NCBI GenBank assembly: GCA_963920595.1 | Contig: OY986948.1 | Span: 1,364,001 to 1,428,000 of the forward strand | DNA: 64,000 bases | Direction of reading: 5' to 3' | DNA from: Eimeria praecox | Lineage: Eukaryota | Part shown: in pieces, positions 30,164 through 51,945 of the stretch | Layout: every line of letters starts with the position of its first letter | Position numbering within the stretch: the stretch's first letter is position 1 | Translations under genes and position numbers: made by a program | Notes under the pieces: model-generated | What the model was told of the DNA's origin: nothing | The model's input: the letters and a program-made list of their open reading frames with translations, nothing else | The model's database searches: none

Positions 30164-30526
30164 CTACAAAAACTTGTCGCCACCTGCATCCTCTGCTCCT
30201 TCCCCTTCTCGAGCAGCTGTACATACACCCAAACAGCAGCAGCAGCAACAGCAGCTGCAGCAGCAGCAGTAACAACACCAATAAGAGCAACAGCAGCAGC
30301 ACCAACAGCAGATGCAGCAGCAGCAACAGCAGCACCACCACCAACGCTGGCGGTCGCTTCGTTATGTGCTGCAGCAGCAGCAACAGCAGATGCAGCACCA
30401 ACAGAGGCAGCAACAACAGCAGCAACAGCAGCAACAGCAACAACAGCAGCAAAAAGAACAGAAGCATATACTCGTCCCTAAGTCTAAATAATCCGTGTGC
30501 ATGCATACACTGCGCACTCTGTCCAT

Positions 30527-30604
<78 letters not shown>

Positions 30605-31207
30605 TACAAACATAGATATAGGTATAAATATAAATATATATTATATATGTATACATATATGTATTATATGTATATATATGTATATATATATATTTGCTAC
30701 TCTAGAAGCTTACCGCAAGCAGGAGGCGGCACCTCTGCCGGCTGCAGCCAGCCAGCAGCAACAGCAGTCAACTGCAAACATTAGCAGCAGCAGCAGCAAC
30801 AGCAACAGCAGCAGCAACAGCAGCAACACCAGCAACATCAGCAACGTTTGTCTTCATAACGAAGCCTTTCCAGATACTGCAGAAGCACACTATGCAGCAG
30901 CAACAGCATCTGCAGCAGCAACAGGAGCAGCAGCAGCAACAGGAGCAGCAGCAGCAACAGCAGCAGCAACAGCATCAGCAGCAGCAACAGCATCAGCAGC
31001 AACAGCATCGGAGCGCTTCTTACTGAGCTAAGACTCTCTCTGGCCTTATCAAGTACGCTGCCTCCTTCTGCTGCAGCGGGGCTGGTGTTGCTGCTGCTGT
31101 TGCTGCTGCTGCTGCCGCTACGGACTACTTGAGCAACATTTGAAATAGAACGTCGAGTCAGTTCTCGCATAGACTGCAGCACTCCGCTGCTGCCGCGCTG
31201 CGGCTCT

Positions 31208-31242
<35 letters not shown>

Positions 31243-31532
31243 GCCACCGGGAGAGGAAGAGGGGCTGCTGCTGCTCCCCTCCCCCCCAGCTGCAAAAGCA
31301 GCAACAACATACGTCAGTCACAGCTACGCCTTAACAGCAGCAAGCAAAGCCGCAACAACAGCAGCAGCAACAGCGGCAGCAGCAACAGCGGCAGCAGCAG
31401 CAGCAACAGAAGCAGCAGCAGCAGCAGCAGGAGGGATGGCGGCCGCACTGAATGTTGTAGAGAGCTTCTTCGACTGCTGCGCTATCCACTCGCTGCCCTG
31501 CAGGCAGAAAGTCAAAATACAATTTAACATAG

Positions 31533-31579
<47 letters not shown>

Positions 31580-31743
31580 GCAGCAGAAGCAGAAGCAGCA
31601 GCAGTAGCAGCAGCAGCAACAGCAGCAGCAGCAACAGCAGCAGCAGCAGAAGTCGCAGCAACAGTAGAAAGAGGCATCTGATACAGCAAAAGCACTCCTG
31701 GGTACGTTCGCACAATATCATGCATCTCAACTAACAGTTTCTC

Positions 31744-31775
<32 letters not shown>

Positions 31776-33541
31776 AATGTTGCTGCTGCTGCTGCAGCTG
31801 CTGGGGTGTACGTACAGTTTGAAATCCTCCCTTCGCCTTTTCAAGAATGCTCGACTCTCCCGCAGCTTCAATTGTTTTTGTTGTATATTCTTTTGCCCCT
31901 GAAACGAAAGACGATACGCTCTGCAGCGCCGTGTCTATAGCTGCTCCTCCTGTGCTGCTGACGGTTGCAGCAGCAGCAGCAGCTGCAGCAGAAGCAGCGG
32001 CAGCCTGCTGCTGCAAAGAAGCCATGAAGCCATCTTCTTCCTTTGTTGTATCCTGCTGCTGCTGCTGCTGCTGCTGTTGATCCATAGGACGAGAGCCGAG
32101 CGAGCGTATAGAAGACAGAGGAGAGAAAGAAGGAGAAGCTGCTGCTGCTGCATCCGGTTCTGCTGCTGCTGCTCTATCTAATGGTGGTGGTGCGGCAACA
32201 GACGAATCCGCAGCAGAACGCAGCAGCGCCCTGTAATATGCTGCTGCCTTTGTTGCATATCTTTCTTTGAGAGGCATATCCCAAACCCCCTGCAGTAAAT
32301 ACGAAGACAACAAACATATTCAATAAAAAACAGAAGCAGCAACACAAACAGAGGCAGCAACACAAACAGCAACAGCAGCAGCAGCAACAATACGAGCAAC
32401 AGCTGCAGCAGCATCAATCGAAACTGAAATAGGATAGCCAACAGAAACAGCAACGGAAGATGCATCAGAGACGCCAGCACAAGCAGCAGCAGAAGCAGCA
32501 GCAGCAAAAGCAGAAGCAGCAGCAGCAGCAGCAGCAGCACGTTCAGCTAGGGAGATGGATAGAAAATTGGAGACAAGGGTTAGAGGAAGAAGAGGAAGCA
32601 GAATATCTAACAAACAGAACAGCAAAAACAGCACTCGAAGCAACAGCAGCAGCAGCAGCAACAACAGCAGCAGCAGCAACAGCAGCAGCAGCAACAACAG
32701 CAGCAGCAGCAACAACAGCAGCAGCAGCAATCTGTATATTATCATGTCTACAACAGTTTAATAGACAGACATATTCCATAAAGAAGTTCTTGCACTTAGC
32801 GTTGCCGCCACACTCCATCAACTTCAGTTGCTGCGGCTGCCAGGCATCCATCGTGCTGCTTCGTACAAAGCTGAGGTGTACGCCCAGGCCTCTGCAGCAG
32901 CAGCATACAGCAGCAGCAGCAGCAGCAGCAGCAATGCAGTACAAGAGCAGCAGCATGCAATGCATGCAGCAGCAGCAGCAGCAGCAGCAACAACCCAGCA
33001 TGTGCAGCAGCAGCAATACAACATGTGCAGCAGCAGCAGCAGCACCGTCTTCTAGGGAGGGAAAGGAGTGTTTCTGGCTGTGTGTGTCCGAAGGGCTTAT
33101 GTCTTTCTTTGAGTTTTCGGAGTATTTTATGTCTAATAAACTCTAATGTTTACGTTTATAGGAAGCAGCCATCGAAAGAAACAAGCAAGCAAAGAATATA
33201 CAACAACTTACCGATGCAATCCTGAACAGTGAAGACAGACGAAAGCGCCATACGAAAGAGCACACCATTGAGGCTCAGGTGTATCTGCAGCGAAAGAAAA
33301 CAGCAATAAAAACATAAAAAAAAGATAATACAACTTGAATTACCGTCAGTGCAACGTCGGCAGCTGCAGCAGCTGCTGCTGGGGGAAGCTGAGGGAAATG
33401 ATTACGCCGCTAATACGGCAAAAGAAGAAATTTGATGTATATATTCAAATAAATAATGTATTTACCGCATTCCAGACAACGTCTGTTACTTGGATCATCT
33501 TCCTTCAGCCGCTGAAACACGGCAACTGTGTCGGGGTCCAT
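30164..33541 (-). CDS. ADP-ribosylation factor GTPase-activating protein (ArfGAP1/Gcs1-like)
   Basis: Exons 33541-33466, 33284-33212, 32891-32771, 32289-31816, 31497-31449, 31289-31024, plus less certain small 3' exons ending at 30164. The zinc finger reads NRRCLEC|DTPEPQWCALSYGAFVCLHCSGLHR|GLGVHLSFVRSSTMDAW...MECGGNAK...KERYATKAAAYYR, with the catalytic Arg present. Confidence 0.93.
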
Positions 33542-35087
33542 GGTGGGCAGAAGGGGGGGGGGTTGAAGGAGAGAAAGGGTATATTATATTCTATTTTTAA
33601 CTTGAATTAAATCAATTTAAAGTACTTTCTCCTACTATATATCTCTGCTGCTTTCGCATTCACCTTTCGTTGGCAGCCAGTGCTCGGGGTACACTCGAAA
33701 CTCATGTACACCGCCCGTGAGCGATCCTGGCCTATAGGAGTGCCCTGAGGCCTCAAATATGGATGAAATGTTTGAAAAATAACGTATTATAATGGGGGAA
33801 TGCATCTAAAGAAGAGGCAATGAACAAGTCTACGAAGTTGATTGATTGCATGCAATCAATCCGTCGTCGCTGGTGGCTGGGCAGGCGAGCACCGAACCGC
33901 TCGGCGACTACTCTACAACATGTGAAAAAAGAAATACTTCTATTTCAAAATAAACAAAGTAGATGACGCATGCAGGCTGCATATGCCTCTATTGCTTAGA
34001 TTGACTGTCTACAGATCTGTGGAGTGTGTGCTCTCCCACGAAGGCTGCTGTGTGTACTGTTGCTCTTGTTAGCTCCCTGGGGTTGAGGAAGAGCAGAGAA
34101 GAGGGAATATAACAGAAGTAGAGTGAAAGCTGAAAACGAAGCAACACGCCTGAATGGTTTTCATAGTTGAAGCATTTCCGTCACATTACTCCGGCGAGTA
34201 CACGGGAAACTCTGAATCATAAACCCAAGCTAAACACGTAGGATGAAGGCGATAATCTGCAGGCTAGGGTTTCGGGTGTAGGGTTTAGGGTTTAGGGCTG
34301 CTGCACGCTTTCCAGAGGGGGAGCAGCTGCCTCTCGAGTGTTTACCTAGACGACATTTGTTGCATGCTCTGCATGATGCTGGTGTTCGTATTGCTACTTG
34401 ATCGGAGGCTGAATACGGAGGGTCAATTAACTATTTAAAGACAGGCTACTCTACAGTATAGTGTGCTAGAGCATGCAGCCAGGGGGCACTGCTCGTTCAC
34501 GCACGTCAGGCTGTCTAGCAGCACTACCTGCAGAAAGGTGCTTTGCAGCTTTTGATAGGCCTCTATGTGCCCACACCAACTATAGATTTAGGCAGTGATC
34601 TCAAAGATATTGGAGTGTGGAAGGAAAGCCAGCTGCTTTCTGCGAATTCTTTCATCAAATATTTCTGACTCCAGTGCAGCTTGTTTCCCTCGCCCCCTCG
34701 GCTAAGATCGAGGGATATCGGTACAGCTTTTCAGGTGTATAGCGAAGTATTTGAAAAGAAAGGGGGGTCACAAACTAAGGAGGTGTTATGTTAATTCCCT
34801 CTCTACAGAATGCTGCTACAAACCACCTATTCAGCTTCTTCATACAGTATGAACTGAAAGCCCTCAATGAGCCACTGAATTGCATGGCTGAGGTGTCTGT
34901 ACGTAAAAGGAAATGATGATTGATTATCTAAAATAATCAACCTCTTTAAAGGATTTGTGGGTTCTCTGTGTGGAAGGATGGTACGGCATTTGAAAAGAAA
35001 GCAGCTTCAAACTGGGGTGTGTTGTTTCCCCGATAAATAACGAGAGGTTGGCCCCTGGTTGATACATCATCCATTTTATTTGTTTTG

Positions 35088-42658
<7,571 letters not shown>

Positions 42659-45600
42659 CCTAGTATCCAAAGGCTGGGGAAAATAGACAAAATCCAGGCG
42701 CGCAGAGCCTGAAGACACAAATCGGTTAAAGTAACGGAGTGTGAAACCGAGCGATCTGCGAGCACCGCACACCAGGCAATGCAGTGCAAAGAGACGGCCA
42801 ATCGGCCCAAATAGTCTCAATCAGCCTTTCAAATAATTTTTGATGTATTAGATTTCACACGGAGAGGGATGCATTCTTCAACGATAGGCATCGCACATGA
42901 CCAGCGGTGAGTGACCCGGGCTTGTTGGGGAGCGCGTGGTTAAGGAGCGCCCCCTTGGGGGTATTGCCTTTCCTACTCCTCCAACTCGATGGATATTATT
43001 GCATTATGGAAAAAAGAACTGTATATTTGGGTGAAGTTCACAGCGGAAGAAACACCGCATGCAGCTCGTGCCGCCTACCTAGCTGAAGGCGTGGGGGGAC
43101 GGACCATTCGTCGAACCCCCTGCAGCCTAACAAGTCCTATGAACCCTAACTTTGCAAGCGCTAAGGCTCTAACAAGAATATTTTATTGGTTTCAGAGCAT
43201 TTTGCATGGCATACAGATCCTGGGTGCATATGTAAGCGGGCGTCTAGACCTGCTGCTACTTCCCTTGCACATATCGGGCCAGTGGAAGTGTGCGCAGCCT
43301 GCATGCCAAAGTAGAAGAGCAGCTTAATTTTTTAATATTTAGACCCATATTTTCATCACTGGAGGATGGGTGCAAGGAAAAATAGATAGCTGGGACGGTC
43401 GCAGCCGCAATATGGACTACTTTGCTTGCTCTAGCCTGTCGGACAACTTTCCGACGGATGCCTGTAAAGATTCCATGGGAAACAGACATCTCATAGCACT
43501 GGAACTCTTAAATGTTACTCAGTTCACTACTTACAAGAACGCTGAGGCCATAGTGCAACGGTCTAACTCTCCGAAGCACTACAAATGTAGACGTTCGACT
43601 ACACATTGCACAGCAACTCCTTCAGGTATGTCATAAAGGTAGCTTCTGTTCACAGCAGCATCCCCATATACTCTATAAAGTGCCTGGAAGAAGATTTTCT
43701 TCTTCATCCTTCGTTACCACCAGGCTTCAAGGTAATGCATTGTGGAAGCGCACGTTGTAGAATCATGCCCCCCAACGACCAAGTATTACTACACAAAAGA
43801 TGAAGTGTAGGGACGTGGGCAGACGATTGGTCCAAGGTGTGCAAGCTAAGGCTACTACCCACCAAGACGAACAGATGAGTGCGCAACCAAGGTAAGCTAT
43901 GCACCCTTGTACTCATGCGTGGAACGTGTGCCATTCTCCTCCGTGAAACACTCCAGTAGCTATCGTTGAAAGTACCATGTTTAATGAAATATGAGCATTG
44001 CGTAAGATTCAGATGTCTCCAGCGCCTGAGGGTTTAGAGCAATACTGAGCTCTCGGTTAAATATGAATGCTTTCCTTGCTTATATGGCTTCAAGAAAAAG
44101 GAGGTGCAAATGCTGTTGGTAAATATGCGACAAAGGTGAAGAAGGAAAGGGGTTGCAGGTTGAATGCCAAGTAAAGTGAGTGAGGTAGGAGACACAACTT
44201 GGCTGACTCAATCTTGGTACGGAAGCTCAAGTGGATTGAGCCGCTTCCCCCCACTAAGTAGGCCAATTGCCGATGAGGCATATTGCGGAGGCACACGCAA
44301 TACCCAGAGCGTGTTTCGCACGAGCACCTGCAAATGTCGAGAGAAGCGGCTGAGTCCTTCTCCCTTACAAGGGCTTGTTATTATCAAGCGAGTATTAATG
44401 CTGCCAGTTCTACCCAAAGCCCCCCCGTTTTCTCCCTGTTCCACTGCACCTTGTTCTGCATTTAAAATCAGAGAGCTTGTGCACTCGGGCCAAAAATGCC
44501 TCGAATCCAGCATAATATATTAACCAACAATAATCTAATCCATGTTCCCTAAAACCAAAAGTTCCAAATGAGTCTGGGGTGGAAACATGCGGCGTTCGCT
44601 ATGCCGAGCATAGCCAAAGCCGCGTGTTCTGTGATTACGTTGAGGTAAGAAAAGTGTTGAAGTTGCTAAAAAGTACCAGAGCTGAGCCACCAGAGTTTAC
44701 TTTAATACAAGCCTGAGGAATAGTGTAATGAAATTGCAGACACTGCTTGCTAGCCTCCAGCTACAACTGAATGCACGTCAATCCAAATCAACGCACGAGA
44801 CGGTCTGGCAATCCCGGAAGGAGGGACAAGCTCGCTCCTTCTCAAACGAATCAAACCCCAAAGAAGTACGTGCTATACTTCTCTTCATCACTTACCAGGC
44901 CGTGCTTAGTTAGCAGACACACCTGCTGCTCCACAGTGCATGCTTTGTCTAATCTAGCCTGCCCGCCTTCCCACGCATTTCCCTTCGAACAGGGTGAAAG
45001 GGCTCTAAAAGGAATTCTCCTGTAGGGAGAAAATACGTGGAGTTAGTGCTTATGAGCATTGGTAAAGTAGGTTCATGACTCCTCCTGCTGGAGCGGTCAC
45101 GTACCGTGCCCATACAGTGCCCGTAACGAAGCCTTGCATGGAAGGGATTTCGAGGAAGGAATTCTCCCCTTTGATGAATAAAGTGTCCTTCCAGCACATT
45201 TGTGAACTTCCACATCTGGTAAAAGCCGTAGAAGCGCCCGACGTGAGCGCTTAGGAAACCCAGGACTTCTCAGACTCGCTTGCCGGATGGCACCGGTCCT
45301 GCCGCCCGGTTCGACATGTAACCGCCAGACGCTTGGCGTTATGTTGCATTGGGGTGTTCAATGTTCTAAATGCGTCTTGTAGAAATGTAAAACAATGCAT
45401 GTCTTTCCGCTTTTATTGCGAGATCGCAAAGCCGCGCCCGCCAGGATCTGCTGGTAGAACGGAGGACTTTCCCAGTCCTGTTCTCTACTGGGCTTTTCCC
45501 AGTCTTGTTCCAAAGCTTGGAATGAGTTACCCCAGTGCTTCTTGTTTCTAATCATTAAGAATACTACATTCCCTGATTTGATCGTGGTCGCGTTGCTTTA

Positions 45601-45891
45601 GCCCACTGATACTTTCGAGGTCCCTGTCTTAACTGCTTTCTCGTCGCTTTCGGGTACGCGGCAGCTTTTTGTTTTGCTTAAAAGTACACACTGGCCTTTT
45701 TTTGCCATACGCCAGGTCTTGCATGGACTACGGTGTGATCTTATGCACGCGACACTGGCAAACTTTGGGCTATGCTGCTTCTCTCGACCGATCGATGACT
45801 GTTGGTACAAGCACTTGGAGGGATTCCTCGTTCGTTTCCACTCGCTCCCTAGGACGGAGATGTCCTTTGTGCTTAACTGACAGAAGCCAAT

Positions 45892-48800
45892 ATGCTGGGT
45901 AAGCGTTCAAGAGCGTCTTTGCGGCGGGAAGCCGTGCACTTTGGCTTTTTCTTTTTTCTTGCCGTCCTGGCCTTCCAGCCAGCGGTGCCCTCAGCTGTTG
46001 CACTTGAAAGTGAAGATGCAACTAAGCCCCATCATCTACCGGGGAAAGGTCCCCTTCAAGGTGTTTTTCCCGATGGTTCCCTTCATTCAATTGCAGCACA
46101 GGTTGCGCAGACCGAATCCTCCCCAGCAGGTGCACATATGAGAACCACTTCAGGTATGACTTCCTCTGGGGCTCTTCGAAGCAGAGCTGGGTCAGTAAGG
46201 CCCTTAGATATGGGCCTTAGCTCTCTGCCATCTAACGATGAGACATACAAGCAGATTTCAACACAGGATGTAGAGACCGTTTGTTTCTCACGAAATCTCC
46301 ATGGAATCTTAGACCCGAACACAGGAGAGGTGAGCGATCGTCCATGTAGTTTCGCTGCATCAGCCCTTCATGACTGCGTTTAACTGGCTGTTCCCTGTCA
46401 GGTGGTGCATCATAGAGGGGTAGACAGTTCAGTGCCAGCGTTCCAGAGCAAGTGTTAGCCCAGGGTCCGGCTTAGGGTCATACTGTCCTGGGTCAATTTG
46501 CTTCATGTGAAATCATGTCCACGTGCTACGAAGGAGGGGAGCTTTCGTGTTTTTGCTGGCTGTATGCTCTGCAGTTCATAGACCAGGGGCGCACGGCTGA
46601 GGAGGTTTTGGCTGAGATGAAAGCAAAGAGCCTTGCACCTGGACGCGTGGCAGCCATGAACGCCTTCGCCTCAGCTGTGGAAAACGGAGAATTCAACTCT
46701 TCGGTGGTTGCCGAATTCTTTCCTCTCTCTGCTGTCGTATTTTTGGCCATTGCTGCGCTCATCTTCCTGCTCTTACTTTGCTATGTTGGACCTTTGGTCT
46801 GCTGTACGTGCTGCCGCTTCTGTTGCTGCTGTGTTCGCCAGAGGGCCCACACGAAAGGGGGCCGAATTCCTTGTTACTTGGCTTTCGGCTCGATCTTGGC
46901 GGTACTCGCTGTAGCGGTGGCAATCGGAGCTTATCGAGTTGACAGGAAAGCCTTGGACGAAGCAACTGCAGTGATCTGTGCAGGAGGGCGGTCTGTAGAT
47001 GCCGTCCTGTACGGAACACGCAGTGGAATGGCAGGGACAGGACAGGGAGAGCGCTTGGGCTTTGCAGGCATTAAGAATCTTCTGGACGGTAGCCGAAAGG
47101 TGGCAGAGGCTGCGGATGGGAAGAATCCAAACAACGTCGTTGAAGAAGTGAAGGCGGAGATTCGGAAGACGCTAAACTTAGATCACGAGAAAAAGCTGTT
47201 CAAGAATTCAAGGGATGCTACCTTGGGGAACCTACAAGTAACCCAGGATATTACTGACAGGGCATCTCACTCCAACATCTTTGTTAAGGAGCATGCTTCT
47301 TCTCTTGTTCAAGCGTTGAACAAAGTAGACAACCAGCTAGACAGTGTAGACATCAGTACTCGGGTCCTTGAAGCCTTGGGGTATGTTGAACTCCCTCCAG
47401 CAGATCTCAGCGTATTTGACGATGCGAACGATCTGATGGATGGATTGTCAGACGGGGCTAATTTTGTTGGCAATGCTTCACTTTCAGCCGAGGCAATGGT
47501 AAATGCTTTGGATTTCGCTCTCCTGTGCGTCAGCGCCATCTCGGGGGCAGTTGTTATTATGGCCGTGCTAACCCTTATCTGGCAGCTCCTCAGGCCAAAT
47601 AAGTGCGCCAGACGAACCCTGGGGGCCTTGACAATCATCATGACAATCTTGTCAGTAATTGTTTGTATCGCTGTGGCGGTGGTTTCTCTCCTGCACAAGC
47701 TTGCGATGCCTGCATGCGATTATGCCGCTGTACGCTTTATTGATATAAACAGCGCCCATCCCGTAGCTCAAGCATTTGGAGAAGATAGCGTAATGTTTCA
47801 ATTGCTCAGCGTCTGTTTATCGGAGACTAGCAACGGAGACTTACTGCAGGCGGAAGACGGCACAAATCGAATCGATCCTATCTTAGAGAAACTGGAAGAC
47901 GCAAAAAAGGAAATATGCGAGGAAATTCCACCTCCGCCCGTATTTGATTTCCCCGGTGCGGCTGCATTCCAATCGTTTGCTGAAATCACACTGTAGTTTG
48001 GGGCCTGCACGGTTTAAACCGTCGCAAGACCTCATTGAAGGAGCACACAGTCATCCTTTTGCTGTCTTTTCCTGCTTATGGCGTTCAGATCTGAAGAATG
48101 CTGATAGGGATGCAAGGCTGCAAAGCTGGGCCGTAATTTTGAAAAATCCCTTGAGTTTCGGCACGTTCCCGGAAGTGCGAATTGTACGTTTTTCCGTTAT
48201 TTCATATGTAGAGAAGGCGCACAGCCGAAGGGGATTAGGTGGTTTTGTAAAGTCAAGAAGCATTTTTGTGTTGGCTTAGCTATAGATCCTACAATCCAGC
48301 TGTTACAGTGCTGCTTTCCACAGGGGAGGAACATTTTCGTTGTGTAGCTGATGTGAAACTTCTTGTGCACGCAGAGCGGTATCCAGGAGCCGGATTCGGA
48401 AGTGCCATTACTTCAATCCAATGTCACCATATACGGCTTGGAAACTGTCAGGAATCTGGTTCAGCCGTGGCAAATTGCCATTAGCGACTCGGCAACGCCA
48501 ACGAGTCTGACGGTCACGAGCCAAGCGCCATCACCAGAGAACCTTGAGCAGTGGTTCCAACAATGCATGCAGAGCGTAAGACGGGTCTATCGCCAATATG
48601 CAACACGCTTGCCTGGAGGCAAGCCCATGATCTGGAAGCTCCTTCATTTAAAAGGGACGAGCATTTCCATAATTTCTGTGTTGTGTTCTTCAGAACAAGG
48701 CAGATTGCACATCCAAAAGGGAAGCGGTGTTGCTGTTGAAGAAGAAGATTGCGATGATGGTGTCTAAGGCAACATGCTATCAGAGTAGCACCGGCTCCCA

Positions 48801-50012
48801 AGGGAGGGCATGTACGGTTACAGAGCTGATGGGAGGTGTTGGCGGATCGCCTGTGCCACAGAATGCTCTTGACAGATCAGTTGCCGATGCCGTTGACGCA
48901 GGTGAGCTATGAAATCGTTTTTTCGGGTTTTGCCACAGTTACGACTTCGGAATACAAACGGGGACCACTGCGGCGTAATACAGCAGCTTTGGGGTTGCAC
49001 TTTTTGCTCCGGTATTGCTTTGCTGTTGTGTTGTGTGCCGATCTCAGTGAAGCAGTTGCAGGCCAAGGTCGAAGGCAGCAGCGATGCAGCGTGTGAGTAT
49101 CTGTTTTTTTCTTGCCCTCCACTCCGTGTTCTAGCACGCGACCAGAGGGCCAACTCTTATTAAAAGCTAGCGACTGCAAACTCTGTGCTGCGAAACAGGC
49201 AACATTGCAGCGAATAAGATCGGTTCTCTAAGCGACGAAGTTCTGAAGCTCAAGCAGGGCAGCAACTGTAGATTTGCGCGGGATCGGTTTATCCGACTAA
49301 CGAGCCATCTGTGTTACGGGACCATTGATGGCCTGGGGACTGTAGGTTTTATAATCTTGCATGCGTTCCACTAGAACATCTTGGTTGAGCCATTGGCAAA
49401 CACCCTTTAAGTCTCTGTCGCCAGTAACTTGGCCGCTGTGCGTAGTACTTTAGTTCAACAGCAGCCCTAAACCGAACAGAGCATAGCTACAAAACATGCA
49501 TTGGTTGTGTGTACAGGGCTCTGCTTTGTATTTCGTATTGGCCATAGTGATGTTATTGTTCTCGCTGCTGCTGCTGCTCCTTATCATTGAGGACCGCGAC
49601 AATGATAGATATCGAGAGACACTATATACTGAAGAAGGCGCGGCCGAACGAACTGGCGGGGCACCCGAAGTTGTTACCACCGCTCCACCAGCGGAGATGA
49701 AGGACACAGAAAACAGCAATGCTGTAGGAACCCACGATGGTAAGCTCATCTGGCGCGCGCCCCACGGAGTGTGCAGAGCGTCGCCTTCTGTAACATACCC
49801 TCCCGTATTCGATGCGTAGTGAGCTTGTTGGGAAGCGTAGTGATATGCTCGGCGATGCAGGAAATGGAGACGCCCCGGAGGAAGTTGCGAAGATGCCGCA
49901 GGAAGAAATGTCAGTTGACAGTGGCGATTTGAAGCGTTTGTCTCGCAGTGAAGGTGCGCACGGATTGGTGGCATCTGATGGAATTGCTCCCCGGATGGCT
50001 TCGGTCCCTTAA
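45892..50012 (+). CDS. Signal peptide + 5-TM membrane protein, prominin/tweety-like topology
   Basis: Exons starting 45892-46329 and 46575-47955, then several short exons to the stop at 50012. The product has a signal peptide (FGFFFFLAVLAFQPAVPSAVA), TM1 followed by CCTCCRFCCCC, TM2, a helical loop, TM3-TM4, PACD...VCL, a second loop, NCRFARDRFIRLTSHLCYGTIDGL, TM5 and an acidic tail. Confidence 0.75.
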
Positions 50013-51150
50013 GGGCTGCAATCCTACATTATCTTGACGTCGGAATGCAGCAAACTGTTAACAAAATAGGCATAGACAGAAGACCGCAGGGGCAACACAG
50101 TACGCCTAGTGCACCTTTACCAGCAAAACTGACAAAGAGGCTGGGATTACTGCTTTTTTAGTTTAAATGTGCATTCATCAGAGTGAATGAAAGCTGCTGC
50201 ACTACTGAAACTTGTTCCCATGTCATTTCGTTTGTGCATGGCCTCGAACCGATGGGTCAGCTAAGCTTTGTCGGGCAGAGTGAGTGATTCAGCTGCTTTC
50301 CGTCATCGCTGGGGCTGCAGCACACCAGGGCTCCATGAGGCTATCCTGCGCAGACATGGTGGTGCAGCCATTTCGGTTGGGCTCAGTCTTTTTTCGTGAC
50401 TTTGCCGTTTACCCTGGGCTTGTGACAGTAGCATTTGTACCTAGGAGTAACTTTCTCGCAAACCTTGAGCCTAGCAGGTATACTAGCTGCTGCTATTAAG
50501 GTTATATGAACTCGTAGTGGGGTTGCGAGTGGTCTTCAAGGCAAATTTGACGTAGTGCCAGGTGTCAGCTTATCCGTTAGCCGCTGCTTTGTAGATAGAT
50601 TTAGTCATTCACATGTAATAGTACAAACAAGCAAAAGGCTAGCTCAGAGGGGACAATCACTGCCCGCCTGACCTCTCCGAACACAGCAGGCACTGGCCTA
50701 TGGCGAAGCATCATTCGCCACCCCGTACCGCTGGTTGTATCACAGGTGGGGATCATCTGCATGCTCCACTTGAGTGCAAGTCCCTCCCGCGTCAACGGTG
50801 TCAAAGGCATTCTCTGTTCCCTATCAGTGTGCTCACACTACCGAGCTGCCAACACCAAATGCGGCTTTAGACTGAGTAGCAGTTTCCAGCACTTATACTT
50901 TTGGCATAGTAGGAGTAGGAGGTTCTATCCAATCATCCGTCGCCTTTCGCAAAAATCGTCATTGCATGCGGCGAGAAGCGATAATGCGACTCCAGCAAAA
51001 GCCAGCCGTTTGTTCTTAGCGTGCTCTTCTAGCCCTCCCACGGGAAGGAAGCGGATACATTTACACCCTAGGTTTGATTTCTAATATAACTTCCTGAGAC
51101 AATTTTATATGCACCGCTCAAGTAGGGCGAAGACCGCAGAGGCCCGTCTG

Positions 51151-51603
51151 TCACTCGACAACGGGAGGACGGCTCATAGGTTCCGCAATGAGTTCCCACG
51201 GATAGAGCTGAAAAAACCTATCATTTGTATTCAATATTAAGAATTGCACAAATACAGTATTATTACCTGGGGAAGGCGGCCTCAAGTGGAAAACTACACC
51301 GCACACTGCCGGTGTCGGGCAGAGCCTTCTGGGGGCCCCCCACGTCGATGCTGGTGTGTGTTAACTGAGAGGTGAGGACTTTAAAGTTTGTGCAAATTGG
51401 AGATTACCGGCTTCATTTGGACTCTCGTAAAATTGCCTTCGCAATGAAACAGTGTAGTTTGTCATGGAGCGCTTCTTAGCAAGGCCGTTCTCGAGGTCGT
51501 AGGCGAAACGCCCGGTGGCTTCAGTGAGCTTGTAGTCGATTTGTAAGATATTTCGGCCTTTCCCATCGCCCATAAGCGTTGAACCTAATCCACTACTACC
51601 CAT
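51151..51603 (-). CDS. Small hypothetical protein (~80-103 aa)
   Basis: ATG at 51603 opens MGSSGLGSTLMGDGKGRNILQIDYKLTEATGRFAYDLENGLAKKRSMTNYTVSLRRQFYESPNEA. A phase-1 donor after 51408 joins an acceptor at 51266, stopping at 51151. No family was recognised. Confidence 0.4.
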
Positions 51604-51945
51604 AGGCCTTCTGGATTACAGTGCAGCGTATTTCAGAGGCAGGCAGCGATTGCAACCTTCTCTACCAAGCCCGCGATATTCCCTCATATTCCCTCCTTAT
51701 TTTCCTTCAGCAGAAATTTGGCTTGAAGGGATCATCCGCCCAACTAGCCTGTATTGTGAATGGCTAACCCTTTGAAGGGAGTGGGGCCTTCTCAGGACAG
51801 AAAATGCAAAAGAAAAGCGACGGGTCTGTCTAGCTGACTAGACAGTAAACGCTCTTCGAGATGCGGATTAGGGCTACTGCAATTTCTGCTCCCCACTGTG
51901 AATTGCATTTGGTTTGTGAGCCTTCGAAATGATATTTTTTGAGCC

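Noticed and set aside
30715..31031. Plus-strand ORF 30495-31031
   Set aside because: It is the antisense reading of ArfGAP intron repeats.
42700..45890. Short ORFs between the ATPase and the prominin-like gene (e.g. 44949-45215 -)
   Set aside because: No recognisable motifs and no convincing exon chain; a small gene cannot be excluded.
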